This document shows, in pieces, positions 17,896 to 27,199 of a stretch of 40,917 bases of DNA. Numbering within the stretch: the stretch's first letter is position 1; each line of letters opens with the position of its first letter. The stretch is taken from positions 1-40,917 of the forward strand of contig CALREG010000001.1 in the NCBI GenBank assembly GCA_943355135.1. The letters run 5' to 3'. The notes under the pieces were generated by a model. That model had not been told where the DNA came from. It worked only from the letters and a program-made list of their open reading frames with translations, and did no database searches. The translations under genes were made by a program, and so were the position numbers. Origin of the DNA: Candidatus Nomurabacteria bacterium (GTDB lineage Bacteria; Patescibacteriota; Minisyncoccia; Phycocordibacterales; SBAW01).

Positions 17896-19768
17896 AGCAT
17901 TGGTTGAGCTCGGTAGTGGTCAGTTGATTGCGGGTTGCAAGCGAGTTTTGCAGGGTTGTACGGTCTTGCTGTGCGTTGGTGATATCGGTTTGGGTAATTA
18001 GCGTGCCCAACGCAAGTGCTTTGCTGTAGGCTGCCTTAACCGCCGCCACGTCTCCCGGTCCAGAAACGCCGATAGCCGCGGTTTGCAGATCTTGCAGGGT
18101 CGCGATACCTTGGTTGGCGCGTGTGATGTTGTTGTTGGCGTTGTCTATGAGTGGATCGTATGAGTGGAGCGCGCGCGCCGAGCTGGTTGCAAGCGCGTCT
18201 TGCAGTTTGCTCTCCCAGCAATTGACCAGAGTTTGTAGCTGTGACTGCGTGTTTTGTATATCGCCGATAATCCCCTGTTGTACCGAGCCATACTGCTGGG
18301 CCAAGTTGACCTGTCCTTGAAGTGCGGTCAACACTCCTTGCGCGTCTGCCTGTGCCTGCTGCTGTTCGGGTGTAAGAAAGTTTGCTGCGTAGCCTTGGCT
18401 TCCGCTGAGGTTAGACACACCTCCTTGGAGCGCCTTGACCATCAACTGACTTATGAGTGCGCTGATGATCGCGTCGAAACTACCCGAGATCCCCGCTTGG
18501 GTAAGCGTCTCTTTAGATACGTTCAGCGTACTACTCAAAGAGTCGGCGATGGTGGAGCCCGGAGTAGTCACTACTTTGTCGCAGATCATTTTAGTAGATA
18601 TGCCACCAGTGTTGGGAGCTGGTCGGCAGTTACTCTCCTTTTCAGACGAGAGGAAGCCTTTGCCCAATATGTAATCCTCTTGTTTTCGGCCTACAGCAGA
18701 GTTGACGGCGAAGCTGAGTTTACCGAGACCATCTTGGTAAGCTCCAAACGAGTTATTAGTGGGGGTGCCAACAAAGGAGAGGAGTCCGCCCCACCCACCT
18801 TGGGAGAAATTGCCATTAGCAAAAGCGTTTATGTTTTTAATGACGCCTGTAAGAGTACAAGAGGCGGCATTGTTGCGTCGTGCGTAGCTTTGTGCGAGAG
18901 CGACGCGTATCTGGGCTTTAAAGGGTGAGCACAAGAACGAGAGCGCTGAGCCGCGGATAAACTCACCCGCCGCTTGGTCGGCCACATTGGTAAAGAATTG
19001 CTTGTAGTTGGTAACAAACGACGGCTTGCCGTTGAAGCCGGAGTTGATCCAGTTGACCACACTCGAGGTGATTTGTTGCACGGCGGCGCGAGCAATAGTG
19101 CGAGCGATGCAGTTTAAAAAGTTTTCGCGTATGGTATCCGCCGTTGCCACCGTGTTGAGGTAGCGCGGCGACACAGGTACTGCACTTACTGTTTCGACGG
19201 CATTGCCGGCAAGTGATGCCGTTGCGCCGCCGAGCAACCCTGCAGTGCAGAGTGCCGCACCGACTCCTACCCCCAACAAAGCCGCTCCTAAAATACTATT
19301 GCCGTTGGCATCTACGGCAGTGGCTCCACTCCCGGGGACAATGTTGGGGCTCCCTGAGACAACGCCAGTATTAAGTTCGTTGGCTGTTTTTGGAACAAAG
19401 TTGCTGGTCGGTCCTCCTCCACTCCCCGCCGAACTACCGCCAAGCCAATCTACCCCAGGGACACTTTGTATACCGCCTGCTCCCCCGCCCGTGGTTCCTC
19501 CTCCTGCTGAAATACTGCTGCCGGTGGTGCCACCACCACTCAGTGGAGTCCCTACATTTATATTTGTGTCAGAAATAACGCCAGAGGGCGTGTTGTTTTG
19601 ATTTTTTGTGGTACTGGTGGTGCCGGTTGTTCTTGTCGTTCCTGTTCCAAACGAGCCGCTGTCAGGCTGTTTAATAATCCCGTCGCGGAAGAAGAAAAAC
19701 CAGACGAGCCCGACTAAAAGTGCAAGCGCTACTGCGGCGACAATAGTGAGTATAATTCGTCTGGTCAT
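17882..19768 (-). CDS. Hypothetical N-anchored protein with a Gly/Thr-rich low-complexity region and a large exposed domain
   Basis: 628 aa with a TM helix at residues 5-27, then a GTGTTRTTGTTSTT...GGGTTGSSISAGGGTTGGGAGG region. Overlaps both neighbours (4 and 14 nt). Confidence 0.7.
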   Translation of the reverse strand: MTRRIILTIVAAVALALLVGLVWFFFFRDGIIKQPDSGSFGTGTTRTTGTTSTTKNQNNTPSGVISDTNINVGTPLSGGGTTGSSISAGGGTTGGGAGGIQSVPGVDWLGGSSAGSGGGPTSNFVPKTANELNTGVVSGSPNIVPGSGATAVDANGNSILGAALLGVGVGAALCTAGLLGGATASLAGNAVETVSAVPVSPRYLNTVATADTIRENFLNCIARTIARAAVQQITSSVVNWINSGFNGKPSFVTNYKQFFTNVADQAAGEFIRGSALSFLCSPFKAQIRVALAQSYARRNNAASCTLTGVIKNINAFANGNFSQGGWGGLLSFVGTPTNNSFGAYQDGLGKLSFAVNSAVGRKQEDYILGKGFLSSEKESNCRPAPNTGGISTKMICDKVVTTPGSTIADSLSSTLNVSKETLTQAGISGSFDAIISALISQLMVKALQGGVSNLSGSQGYAANFLTPEQQQAQADAQGVLTALQGQVNLAQQYGSVQQGIIGDIQNTQSQLQTLVNCWESKLQDALATSSARALHSYDPLIDNANNNITRANQGIATLQDLQTAAIGVSGPGDVAAVKAAYSKALALGTLITQTDITNAQQDRTTLQNSLATRNQLTTTELNQCYAFQ

Positions 19769-20652
19769 TGAGGGTACGAAGAAACAAAAACGTCCCAGGA
19801 TGTCCCCGGCTCGTCTTTACTGAAAAGTATACCGCCTTTACGCAGTTGCTCGGCGAGCGTTGTTAACACACGTGCCGATTCTGTACCCGCGGTTTGGAAG
19901 CTTTGCAACCCCGAAAGTCCGCGCATCGGGTCTTCGAGGACCATACGCATCTCTCCGGTAGCCACCGACATTGTCGAAAGGTTATTAATGAGCGGCAGAT
20001 AGAGCGGAACGAGTGTTGTGGGGACAGGAATGTTGGCAAGATCCTCTGCCAACGCGGTATACTCTGCCCCTATACCCACAAGAGACTTGAGTGTGGCGGC
20101 GTCATTGTAGTCGGTAGCATACCCGATGGCATACAAAACATCGTCGTTGCTGGCTTTAGGGTGCTTTCTAAAGGTTTGCATAACCGCATTACCCCACGTG
20201 CGCATAGTGGCCGCGTTTTGAGATACTGCATTGAGGTCAGTCGCTTTATATTGAATACTCTCAATACTCCCTACCCGAGCGGCGGCGTCGGCTATAAGCT
20301 TTTCTTGGGTGGGTATATCGTTGCCAAGGCCCTGCGCGTTGGCATTGCTGAGGTTTATAAAGAGTGAGCGTGCTACGCTTGAGGTTACATTTGAGCTCTG
20401 AGCCTCTTTTAGTAATGCTTGTATGGTGTCTTCGCTCGGCGCGGCGGGGAGTTCGGGAGCTCCTGCTTGCGCTGCCTCTAGTGCAGCCTGCCAATCTTCG
20501 GCGGGAGTGGGCTGATCAGCACTTAATACGGCTGCGGGGCTGCTTTTAGGCGCAGTAATATATTGTGCCAGCAAGATAAGTGCGCCAGAGAGTGCAATAG
20601 ACACCACTATGGTTGAAAATCGTGAACTCGGGAGATACGAAGCAACATTCAT
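19765..20652 (-). CDS. Hypothetical N-anchored protein; first gene of the T4SS-like locus
   Basis: 295 aa with one TM helix (IVVSIALSGALILLAQYI). Motif copy B lies 7 nt upstream of the ATG. Confidence 0.7.
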   Translation of the reverse strand: MNVASYLPSSRFSTIVVSIALSGALILLAQYITAPKSSPAAVLSADQPTPAEDWQAALEAAQAGAPELPAAPSEDTIQALLKEAQSSNVTSSVARSLFINLSNANAQGLGNDIPTQEKLIADAAARVGSIESIQYKATDLNAVSQNAATMRTWGNAVMQTFRKHPKASNDDVLYAIGYATDYNDAATLKSLVGIGAEYTALAEDLANIPVPTTLVPLYLPLINNLSTMSVATGEMRMVLEDPMRGLSGLQSFQTAGTESARVLTTLAEQLRKGGILFSKDEPGTSWDVFVSSYPQ

Positions 20653-20659
20653 TACCTCA

Positions 20660-20677
20660 AGTATACCCCGTGAGATA
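20660..20677 (-). promoter_or_regulatory. Motif copy B: TATCTCACGGGGTATACT, 7 nt upstream of ATG 20652
   Basis: The rc of 20660-20677 reads TATCTCACGGGGTATACT, followed by TGAGGTA and then ATG. Confidence 0.6.
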
Positions 20678-20712
20678 GTCTGGGTAGTCGCGCGTCGTGA
20701 ATAATTATCATA

Positions 20713-20730
20713 TATCTCACAGGGTATACT
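20713..20730 (+). promoter_or_regulatory. Motif copy C: TATCTCACAGGGTATACT, 8 nt upstream of ATG 20739
   Basis: Reads TATCTCACAGGGTATACT, followed by GTACCTAC and then ATG. It is divergent from copy B, 35 nt away. Confidence 0.6.
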
Positions 20731-20738
20731 GTACCTAC

Positions 20739-21080
20739 ATGCATACTATTTCGAGATTGTTAGTTACGGGGCTGATGTTAGCCGGGCTTTCGGCACCTCT
20801 CATCAGTCAGGCGCTCATTGTTCCCATTGGGGGCAAGATAACTAAGGTTGTATTTTGTTTAAACGGGGGTATTTACTTTACCGTTCTTGGTTTTGGCGCA
20901 GGGGCAGGCGCTTTTACCTTTACACCAGGATCAATCTTGTATCCATGGGGTCCGCCGCGACCAGGAGTAAATGTTCTCGGCGCGGCAGATGTACCCTACG
21001 GGTGCGTCATTTCAGTCAAACCGCCGATTGTGCTCCCGAGCCTCCGAGTATTTATGAGCGGGACAAGTCTATCCATTTAG
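20739..21080 (+). CDS. Small secreted hypothetical protein
   Basis: The start was moved from the track GTG at 20697 to ATG at 20739 because of the motif spacing. It has the signal peptide MHTISRLLVTGLMLAGLSAPLISQA and is 113 aa. The 3' end overlaps convergent rsmA by 29 nt. Confidence 0.6.
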   Translation: MHTISRLLVTGLMLAGLSAPLISQALIVPIGGKITKVVFCLNGGIYFTVLGFGAGAGAFTFTPGSILYPWGPPRPGVNVLGAADVPYGCVISVKPPIVLPSLRVFMSGTSLSI

Positions 21081-21789
21081 ACAGCGGTACATCTTCGGCG
21101 CGTGTTTTTGGAGATATTTCGACTTTCTCAAGAAGTTCAGAGTATTCTTTCCCCAGATTATTTTTGAGAAATTTTCTTTTTTGAGAGAATCCTTTTTTGA
21201 CCAGCTCAAAAAACTTTTCTTCGTGTGCGGTGTTTGTAAAATTGCTTCGCGAAATGTTTTCAACCGCCACAATCGCTGAGTCTACTTTGGGTGGTGGAGA
21301 GAAAGCGCCTGCTGGAGTGGTCTTTATATATTTTGGCATTCCGTACGCTTTGATAGAAAGCGAGAGAATACTTTCTTTCTTTGAACGTGCAATCCTCTCC
21401 CCCACTTCTTTTTGTACCAAAAATACTAGTGTTGATGGTTGTTGTTTGGCGGTGAGAAACTTTTTAAACAAGGCGCCGGTGATGTAGTACGGAATGTTCC
21501 CCACTACTTTGTAGTGTTTGAACTTTGGTTCAAACTCAAGCGCATCACCTTCCATCACGGTAAAATCTTTTCCTGCAAACTTTTCTTGCAACATAGAAAT
21601 AAGGCGCGAATCTTTTTCAAGCGCAATAACTTTTGCACCACGCTCAAGCAGTACTTCTGTCAGTGCCCCTTCGCCGGGGCCTATTTCCACTACCGTCTCC
21701 CCTTCTTCTATATGTGCGGCATCGGCAACCGCATTCAAATATACTTTTGAATTAAGGAAGTGCTGCCCGAGAGATTTCTTCTTATACAT
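21052..21789 (-). CDS. rsmA: 16S rRNA (adenine1518/1519-N6)-dimethyltransferase
   Basis: LGQHFL and the SAM-binding VVEIGPGEGALT motif; 245 aa. Confidence 0.93.
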   Translation of the reverse strand: MYKKKSLGQHFLNSKVYLNAVADAAHIEEGETVVEIGPGEGALTEVLLERGAKVIALEKDSRLISMLQEKFAGKDFTVMEGDALEFEPKFKHYKVVGNIPYYITGALFKKFLTAKQQPSTLVFLVQKEVGERIARSKKESILSLSIKAYGMPKYIKTTPAGAFSPPPKVDSAIVAVENISRSNFTNTAHEEKFFELVKKGFSQKRKFLKNNLGKEYSELLEKVEISPKTRAEDVPLSKWIDLSRS

Positions 21790-21804
21790 ATAAGTAGAGC
21801 GATA

Positions 21805-23691
21805 CTAGTCTAAGTATATGGTTTTGCCTAGACGTTCGGGGCTCTCGGCTTGCAATAGGTCGCCAGAGATTTCTTGCAGGAATAGCGAGCTACTCCGCAC
21901 GTCGGTGTTGCCAAATATCGTGCGCATCATTGCGTAGGATAGGTAGAGCTTTTGTTTTGCCCGCGTCAGCGCCACATACATCAGTCTGCGCTCCTCCTCG
22001 AGGCTGTCTTTGGTATCGTCCTCCCGCTCGTAGGGGAAGAGGCCTTCCTCGAGTCCGATGATGAATACGCAGGGGAATTCCAGCCCTTTGGCCGCATGTA
22101 CGGTCATAAGTCGCACTTGGTTTTTGTGCTCTTTTAGTTCGTCTTGGTCGCTCGCAAGGGCCGCAGACTCTAAAAACTTTTCCAAACCTTCCGGTTGGGG
22201 CAATACATCATATCGCGCAGCAAGCGACACCAACTCGGCGAGGTTTTCTAGTCGCTCGGCCCCTTCCGACTTATCTTCTTTGAGTGCTTGTTCTATTCCG
22301 CTTTCTGTCACTACCATACGCAAAAGTTTTGAGGGCGCAGCTGTGGCTGCATTGGTTTGTATGGTCGCGAGTAGCCGACGCATCGACGCAACTCGCTCGC
22401 GCGTTTTGCCTGTCAGCGCAGCCTCCTGTCCTGCGAGGATTTTTAATTTTGTCACCTTTCCTATTCCCGGCAGAGTGTCTATCACACGCCCAATGTCAGC
22501 GGAATTTTCGCTCACGGCGGCGCGCACAAACGACAGTACATCTTTGACCTCTTTGCGTTCAAAAAAGCGGGTGCCGAGCACTTGGTACGGGATGCTCGCG
22601 TTGAGCAACTTTTCTTCTATCGCACGCGACTGAAAGTTGGCACGATAGAGCACCGCGAAGTCTTGCGGCGCCCGGCCGTCGTCGAGCAGCTCTTGGATTT
22701 TGCGGGCAACAAACGTCGCTTCGTCTCCCCCGTCGCCCGCGATGTAGAGCGAAATAGCTTCGCCGTCAGCATTGTTAGTAAAAAGATTTTTCTCCGGACG
22801 ATTGGTGTTGTTGCTGATTACTTGGTTGGCGGCGGTGAGTATGGTCTTGGTGGAGCGGTAGTTTTGTTCAAGGGTTATCATCACTCCGCCGTACTTCTTT
22901 TCAAACTGGAGCATGTTTTCAATCTGCGCTCCGCGCCAGCCATAGATAGTTTGGTCTATGTCACCCACGACGCAAATATTTTTTTCTGGCCCGACTAGTA
23001 GTTCGGCGAGCCGGGCTTGTATAAGGTTAGTGTCTTGATATTCATCGACGTGTATATAGCTCCAGCGTTTTTGGCATCGCTCGCGCACGTCCGGAAATTT
23101 CTCCAACAGTTGTACCGCGCGCAGCAGCAGGTCATCAAAGTCCATCGCGGTGTCCGCGCGGAGGGCACTTTCATATTTGAGCCACGCTTGCGCTATTTGT
23201 TTGTCCCGCCACGAAACGGCCCCTTCGGCGTACTCACCGGCCCCAATTCCCTCTCCTTTATTGCGTGAGGCGACCGCTAAAGCAGTCCGTGGTTCGATAT
23301 CTTCGGCGCCGGCAGACTTGAGTGCCGCCTTCATCTCTCGCAGAGAGTCGGCGCGGTCATAGATTGCCGGAGTGCGCTTATAGCCGAGCAGCTTGGCGTT
23401 CTCCTTTATAAGAGTGAGTCCGAGCGAGTGAAAGGTGGATACAAAGGGTCCACTGCCTTGATCGCGAGCAAAGCTCGCCGCAATCCGCGAGCGCATTTCG
23501 GCCGCCGCTTTGTTGGTAAAGGTGATAGCCAAGATGCTTTCAGGCGCCACCCCGTGGCGGATGATATTGCGGATACGATCGGCAATGACCTTAGTTTTGC
23601 CCGCCCCTGCTCCCGCGAGTACTAATAGGGGGCCCTCTATTGACTCAACGCACTTCTGTTGTTCTGAGTTGAGTTTGGGTAGCGGGTCCAT
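21805..23691 (-). CDS. UvrD/PcrA/Rep-family superfamily 1 DNA helicase
   Basis: Walker A AGAGAGKT, HVDEYQDTN (motif II), NYRS, and the C-terminal VHAAKGLEF and YVALTRAK motifs. TATAGT (rc of 23698-23703) lies 6 nt upstream of the ATG. Confidence 0.9.
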   Translation of the reverse strand: MDPLPKLNSEQQKCVESIEGPLLVLAGAGAGKTKVIADRIRNIIRHGVAPESILAITFTNKAAAEMRSRIAASFARDQGSGPFVSTFHSLGLTLIKENAKLLGYKRTPAIYDRADSLREMKAALKSAGAEDIEPRTALAVASRNKGEGIGAGEYAEGAVSWRDKQIAQAWLKYESALRADTAMDFDDLLLRAVQLLEKFPDVRERCQKRWSYIHVDEYQDTNLIQARLAELLVGPEKNICVVGDIDQTIYGWRGAQIENMLQFEKKYGGVMITLEQNYRSTKTILTAANQVISNNTNRPEKNLFTNNADGEAISLYIAGDGGDEATFVARKIQELLDDGRAPQDFAVLYRANFQSRAIEEKLLNASIPYQVLGTRFFERKEVKDVLSFVRAAVSENSADIGRVIDTLPGIGKVTKLKILAGQEAALTGKTRERVASMRRLLATIQTNAATAAPSKLLRMVVTESGIEQALKEDKSEGAERLENLAELVSLAARYDVLPQPEGLEKFLESAALASDQDELKEHKNQVRLMTVHAAKGLEFPCVFIIGLEEGLFPYEREDDTKDSLEEERRLMYVALTRAKQKLYLSYAMMRTIFGNTDVRSSSLFLQEISGDLLQAESPERLGKTIYLD

Positions 23692-23894
23692 ATGCCCACT
23701 ATACCCTCAAAACCCTTATATTCCAACGGTTTTTCATCAAATCTACAGGGTTTTTCCACAGCTCGGCTTTCGGGCGGTTGACGCGGCTTAAACGATCTGC
23801 GTATAGTAAAAAGGTACAGGGACGGGAGTTAAAAAACGGCTCAACTAAGCCATTTTTTAGCGGAATTACGCAAAATACAGCCTAGAATAACGCT

Positions 23895-24995
23895 TTGAAG
23901 TCAAAAAACTCACTCTCTTCTCCGGCCCGGCCATTCGTCGCGGAGAAGCTCAAAAAGTCGCTTTGGTTTGCGCTTGCATCGTCGAGCGTGTCCTTGTTCC
24001 TACTTGCCCCTATGCTTGCCTCGGCAAGCATGTTTTCCATACCAGCGCTGCTCGCCTCTTTTACTAAAGAAACTTCAGCCGCCGGCTCCAAGCAGAACTC
24101 CCAGACGGTAGCCCTGCTCTCTCCTGCTACCAACCTCGACCCGCGTGGGGCGATGGGTGGTGGAGACATTGCATTGGTGGGCGGCTCCGCACTCCTGTCA
24201 GAAGACGGCCCCTCAGGTACCGCAGCCGATGTAGAGACCTCTCTCCCCGAGGCGACCATGATTTCGGTATATACGGTGCATAAAGGAGACACTCTCTCCG
24301 GTATTGCAAAGATGTTTAATGTAACTACTAACACTATCCGGGGAGCCAACGATATTAAAGACAGCGTTATACGCGAGGGCGACACGCTCATCATCCTCCC
24401 TATCGCCGGCGTGCGACACACGGTAGTAAAGGGAGATACCGTTGCGTCTATAGCCAAAAAATATAAAGCGGATGCCGACGAAATTACGAAGTACAACGAC
24501 CTTTCTGATGGTCCGCTCGCACTCGGAGAAACACTCATAGTGCCCGACGGCGAACTGGTGACACCGGTTGCCGTTAAATCGACCATCAAGAAGTCTTCGG
24601 TAGGAGTCAATTTGTATAAGGGAGGTGCGGGCCCAGACTTGGGCAGCTACTATGCGTGGCCGGTGAATGGCGGCATGGTTACGCAGGGCATCCACGGCTA
24701 CAACGGTATAGACATTGGTGCATCAAGCGGCACCGGCATACTAGCGGCGGCCGACGGCACGGTCATCATCGCCCGCGGTGGTGGCGCGTGGAATGGTGGC
24801 TACGGCAACTACATCGTCATTCAGCACGAAAACGGCACGCAGACACTGTACGCACATGCAAGCAAGGTCTATGTATCCGCCGGCCAGCGCGTGTCTAAAG
24901 GCACCACTATTGGCGCGGTCGGACGCACTGGCAAGTCCACCGGCTCGCACCTCCACTTCGAAGTCCGCGGCGCGACCAATCCGTTTGGGATATAA
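23895..24995 (+). CDS. Secreted LysM-domain M23 metallopeptidase
   Basis: Signal peptide, two LysM repeats (YTVHKGDTLSGIAKMF and HTVVKGDTVASIAKKY) and an M23 core (GIDIGA...YAHAS...GSHLHFEV). TTG start, with TAGAAT (23883-23888) 6 nt upstream. Confidence 0.88.
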   Translation: MKSKNSLSSPARPFVAEKLKKSLWFALASSSVSLFLLAPMLASASMFSIPALLASFTKETSAAGSKQNSQTVALLSPATNLDPRGAMGGGDIALVGGSALLSEDGPSGTAADVETSLPEATMISVYTVHKGDTLSGIAKMFNVTTNTIRGANDIKDSVIREGDTLIILPIAGVRHTVVKGDTVASIAKKYKADADEITKYNDLSDGPLALGETLIVPDGELVTPVAVKSTIKKSSVGVNLYKGGAGPDLGSYYAWPVNGGMVTQGIHGYNGIDIGASSGTGILAAADGTVIIARGGGAWNGGYGNYIVIQHENGTQTLYAHASKVYVSAGQRVSKGTTIGAVGRTGKSTGSHLHFEVRGATNPFGI

Positions 24996-24996
24996 T

Positions 24997-25608
24997 TTAC
25001 TTTTTATCGAGCGTGCGCCAGAGGTAGAAGCACGCGACCGTTCGATGGCCGCTCCACGGCTTGGCAAGTTTCTGCATTTTTTCTGGAGAGGGTTTCGTAC
25101 GGAGAGCAAAAAGTTTTTGCATCGCTTTTTGGATACCCAAATCGCCAGTCGGCAACACGTCGGGGCGCGAGAGCGTAAACATGAGGAACATCTGCGCGGT
25201 CCACTCCCCGATGCCCTTAACCGCGACTACGTGCTCGGTAATCTCTTCGTCGGTCATCGAATGAAACAGTGTCGGGTTAATAGTGCCGTCGGTAAATTTT
25301 ACAGCGAGATCTTTGAGATACGATGCTTTTTGTCCGGAGAGTCCTGCTGAGCGTAGCTTTTCGACTTTTATTTTTAGTACTTGCTCGGGTGTTGGAAATT
25401 TTTGTTTTGGCCACAGGGCGACAAACCGCCCAAGTATGGTGCTCGCCGCTTTGCCCGAGAGTTGCTGAAAAATGATTGATTCTGCAAGCGATTGAAACGC
25501 TCCGAGCGAGTGCTCGCGCCGAAATTTCATTGGGCCGTAGCTGCGTATAAACGCGCCGAGGTGTTTGTCCTTGGAGAGATATTTTATTGATGCGGTATGC
25601 ATCACCAC
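24997..25608 (-). CDS. HhH-GPD family DNA-3-methyladenine glycosylase (AlkA-like)
   Basis: QQLSGKAA, VKGIGEWTAQMFLMF and PTGDLGIQKA helix-hairpin-helix/Asp motifs; 203 aa. GTG or ATG start, coupled to the comM stop. Confidence 0.82.
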   Translation of the reverse strand: MVMHTASIKYLSKDKHLGAFIRSYGPMKFRREHSLGAFQSLAESIIFQQLSGKAASTILGRFVALWPKQKFPTPEQVLKIKVEKLRSAGLSGQKASYLKDLAVKFTDGTINPTLFHSMTDEEITEHVVAVKGIGEWTAQMFLMFTLSRPDVLPTGDLGIQKAMQKLFALRTKPSPEKMQKLAKPWSGHRTVACFYLWRTLDKK

Positions 25609-25611
25609 ACT

Positions 25612-27186
25612 TTACGACTTTTTCTCTCGATATTGCAACGCCTCTAAGATATGGCTTTCGTTGATGTCAGGGTGTTCGTCGAGGTCGGCGATGGTGCGCG
25701 CAACTTTGATGACACGGTGGAATGCTCGTGGAGAAAGCGCCATGCGTGTGCCCGCTTTTTCTAAGAGCTCGCGCACTTTAGTAGAAAGAGGAACCAAATC
25801 ATCGAGCTCGCGCGGCGAGAGGTCGCTGTTAGTTTTGTTTGGGTTTTTAGTTTTAGAAAATCGCTTTTTCTGCGCATCGCGCGCCTTGAGTACGCGGGTG
25901 CGCGCCGCTTTTGTTTGAGCGCCTTCGGTGTCGCGCTTGCCTAACTCGCCGAGCTCGACCGGCCCCATGATGCTCCAGAGGTCGATACGGTCGGCGATGG
26001 GCCCCGAAATTTTGCGTCGGTAGCGCTCCAAACTAATGGGGCTGCAGGTGCACGCAATTTCTGGGTGGCCGTAGTTGCCACACGGGCAGGGGTTCATGGC
26101 CGCCACCAGCGTAAAGCGCGCGGGGAATTGCGCGGTGCCTTTGGCGCGCGCCACAGAAATGATACGGTCTTCCAGCGGCTGGCGCAGTGCCTCAATGACT
26201 CGGCGTTCAAACTCGGGGAACTCGTCTAAAAACAAAACACCTCGGTGTGCGAGTGTTGCTTCGCCAGGGCGGGGTGTTGCTCCTCCACCGACGATAGAAA
26301 CGTAGGAGCTCGTGTGGTGTGGCGAGCGGAACGGCGGCATGGTCAAAAGTTCTCCGCGCAACACGCCTGCAACCGAGTGGATAGAATTTACTTCCAGCAC
26401 ATCATCAAACGACAGTGGTGGAAGTATCGAGGCGAGCGCGCGAGCGAGCATGGTTTTGCCCGTGCCGGGCGGGCCCGAAAGTCCTAGGTTGTGTCCGCCT
26501 GCGGCGGCAATAATTGCGGCGCGCTTGGCGCTCTCCTGTCCACGGATGTCTTCAAAAGCAAACTGTGACTCGCCAAAGTCGTGTTTGAGTTTTGTTGCGG
26601 GAGCGGGTTTGAGCTTGGCAGAGGTATTTCCTCCGGCTTTGCTGGAGGTGATTCCTCTGCCACCCTTTTTCGTATTCAAATGCTCAATAACCTGCAGTAA
26701 ATTATCCGCTCCATACACCTCTATCCCCTGCACGAGCGCCGCTTCGGCCACGTTGTCGGTTGGTACAAACACCGCCTTCTTCTTTTTGCGCTTTGCCTCA
26801 GCAATAAGCGGCAGTATCCCGCGCACCGGCTGCAATGCTCCATCGAGCGACAGCTCGCCCACAAACAAGTACGGCTCGGGGTCAAACTTGATATCCCCCG
26901 CTGCAAGTAAGTAGGAGAGTGCAATCGGCAAGTCGAACATCGGCCCTTCCTTTTTTAAATCTGCCGGGGCAAGCGAAATAACAATTTTTTGATTGCGCGA
27001 CTTCGGACTTTCAAAACCCGCGTGTTTAATCGCCGCGGCCACACGATCGCGCGACTCCTCGACCGCTTTGTCGGGCAACCCGACGACCGTAAAGGCGTGC
27101 AGCCCACGCGAGAGATCGGTCTCGATAGAAACAATATAAGGCGAAAGGAGCGATGTCTGAGCCCCGTACACCTTGGCGTACTGCAT
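25612..27186 (-). CDS. comM: YifB/ComM Mg-chelatase-like AAA+ ATPase
   Basis: N-terminal Lon-protease-like domain, Walker A GPPGTGKT, Walker B VLFLDE and a C-terminal ChlI-like region; 524 aa. Confidence 0.9.
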   Translation of the reverse strand: MQYAKVYGAQTSLLSPYIVSIETDLSRGLHAFTVVGLPDKAVEESRDRVAAAIKHAGFESPKSRNQKIVISLAPADLKKEGPMFDLPIALSYLLAAGDIKFDPEPYLFVGELSLDGALQPVRGILPLIAEAKRKKKKAVFVPTDNVAEAALVQGIEVYGADNLLQVIEHLNTKKGGRGITSSKAGGNTSAKLKPAPATKLKHDFGESQFAFEDIRGQESAKRAAIIAAAGGHNLGLSGPPGTGKTMLARALASILPPLSFDDVLEVNSIHSVAGVLRGELLTMPPFRSPHHTSSYVSIVGGGATPRPGEATLAHRGVLFLDEFPEFERRVIEALRQPLEDRIISVARAKGTAQFPARFTLVAAMNPCPCGNYGHPEIACTCSPISLERYRRKISGPIADRIDLWSIMGPVELGELGKRDTEGAQTKAARTRVLKARDAQKKRFSKTKNPNKTNSDLSPRELDDLVPLSTKVRELLEKAGTRMALSPRAFHRVIKVARTIADLDEHPDINESHILEALQYREKKS

Positions 27187-27199
27187 GCCCTACATACTA

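Noticed and set aside
19200-19660. Apparent repetitive DNA in the Gly/Thr-rich part of the 17882-19768 gene
   Set aside because: It is low-complexity coding sequence (GGT/ACC-rich) without exact tandem units. It is not a CRISPR or satellite repeat, and no CRISPR array was seen anywhere in the window.
23778-23858. TTGACG-N18-TATAGT promoter-like sequence followed by a GGCT/AGCC hairpin and T6, a possible roughly 45-nt sRNA in the helicase/M23 spacer
   Set aside because: The stem is only 4 bp. The promoter may simply be an alternative upstream promoter of the M23 peptidase gene. The evidence is insufficient for an sRNA call.
23882-24610. 242-aa minus-strand ORF opposite the LysM/M23 peptidase gene
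   Set aside because: It is a low-complexity Ser/Ala/Thr-rich translation with no motifs, and it is fully antisense to a gene with clear LysM and M23 signatures. It is a shadow ORF.
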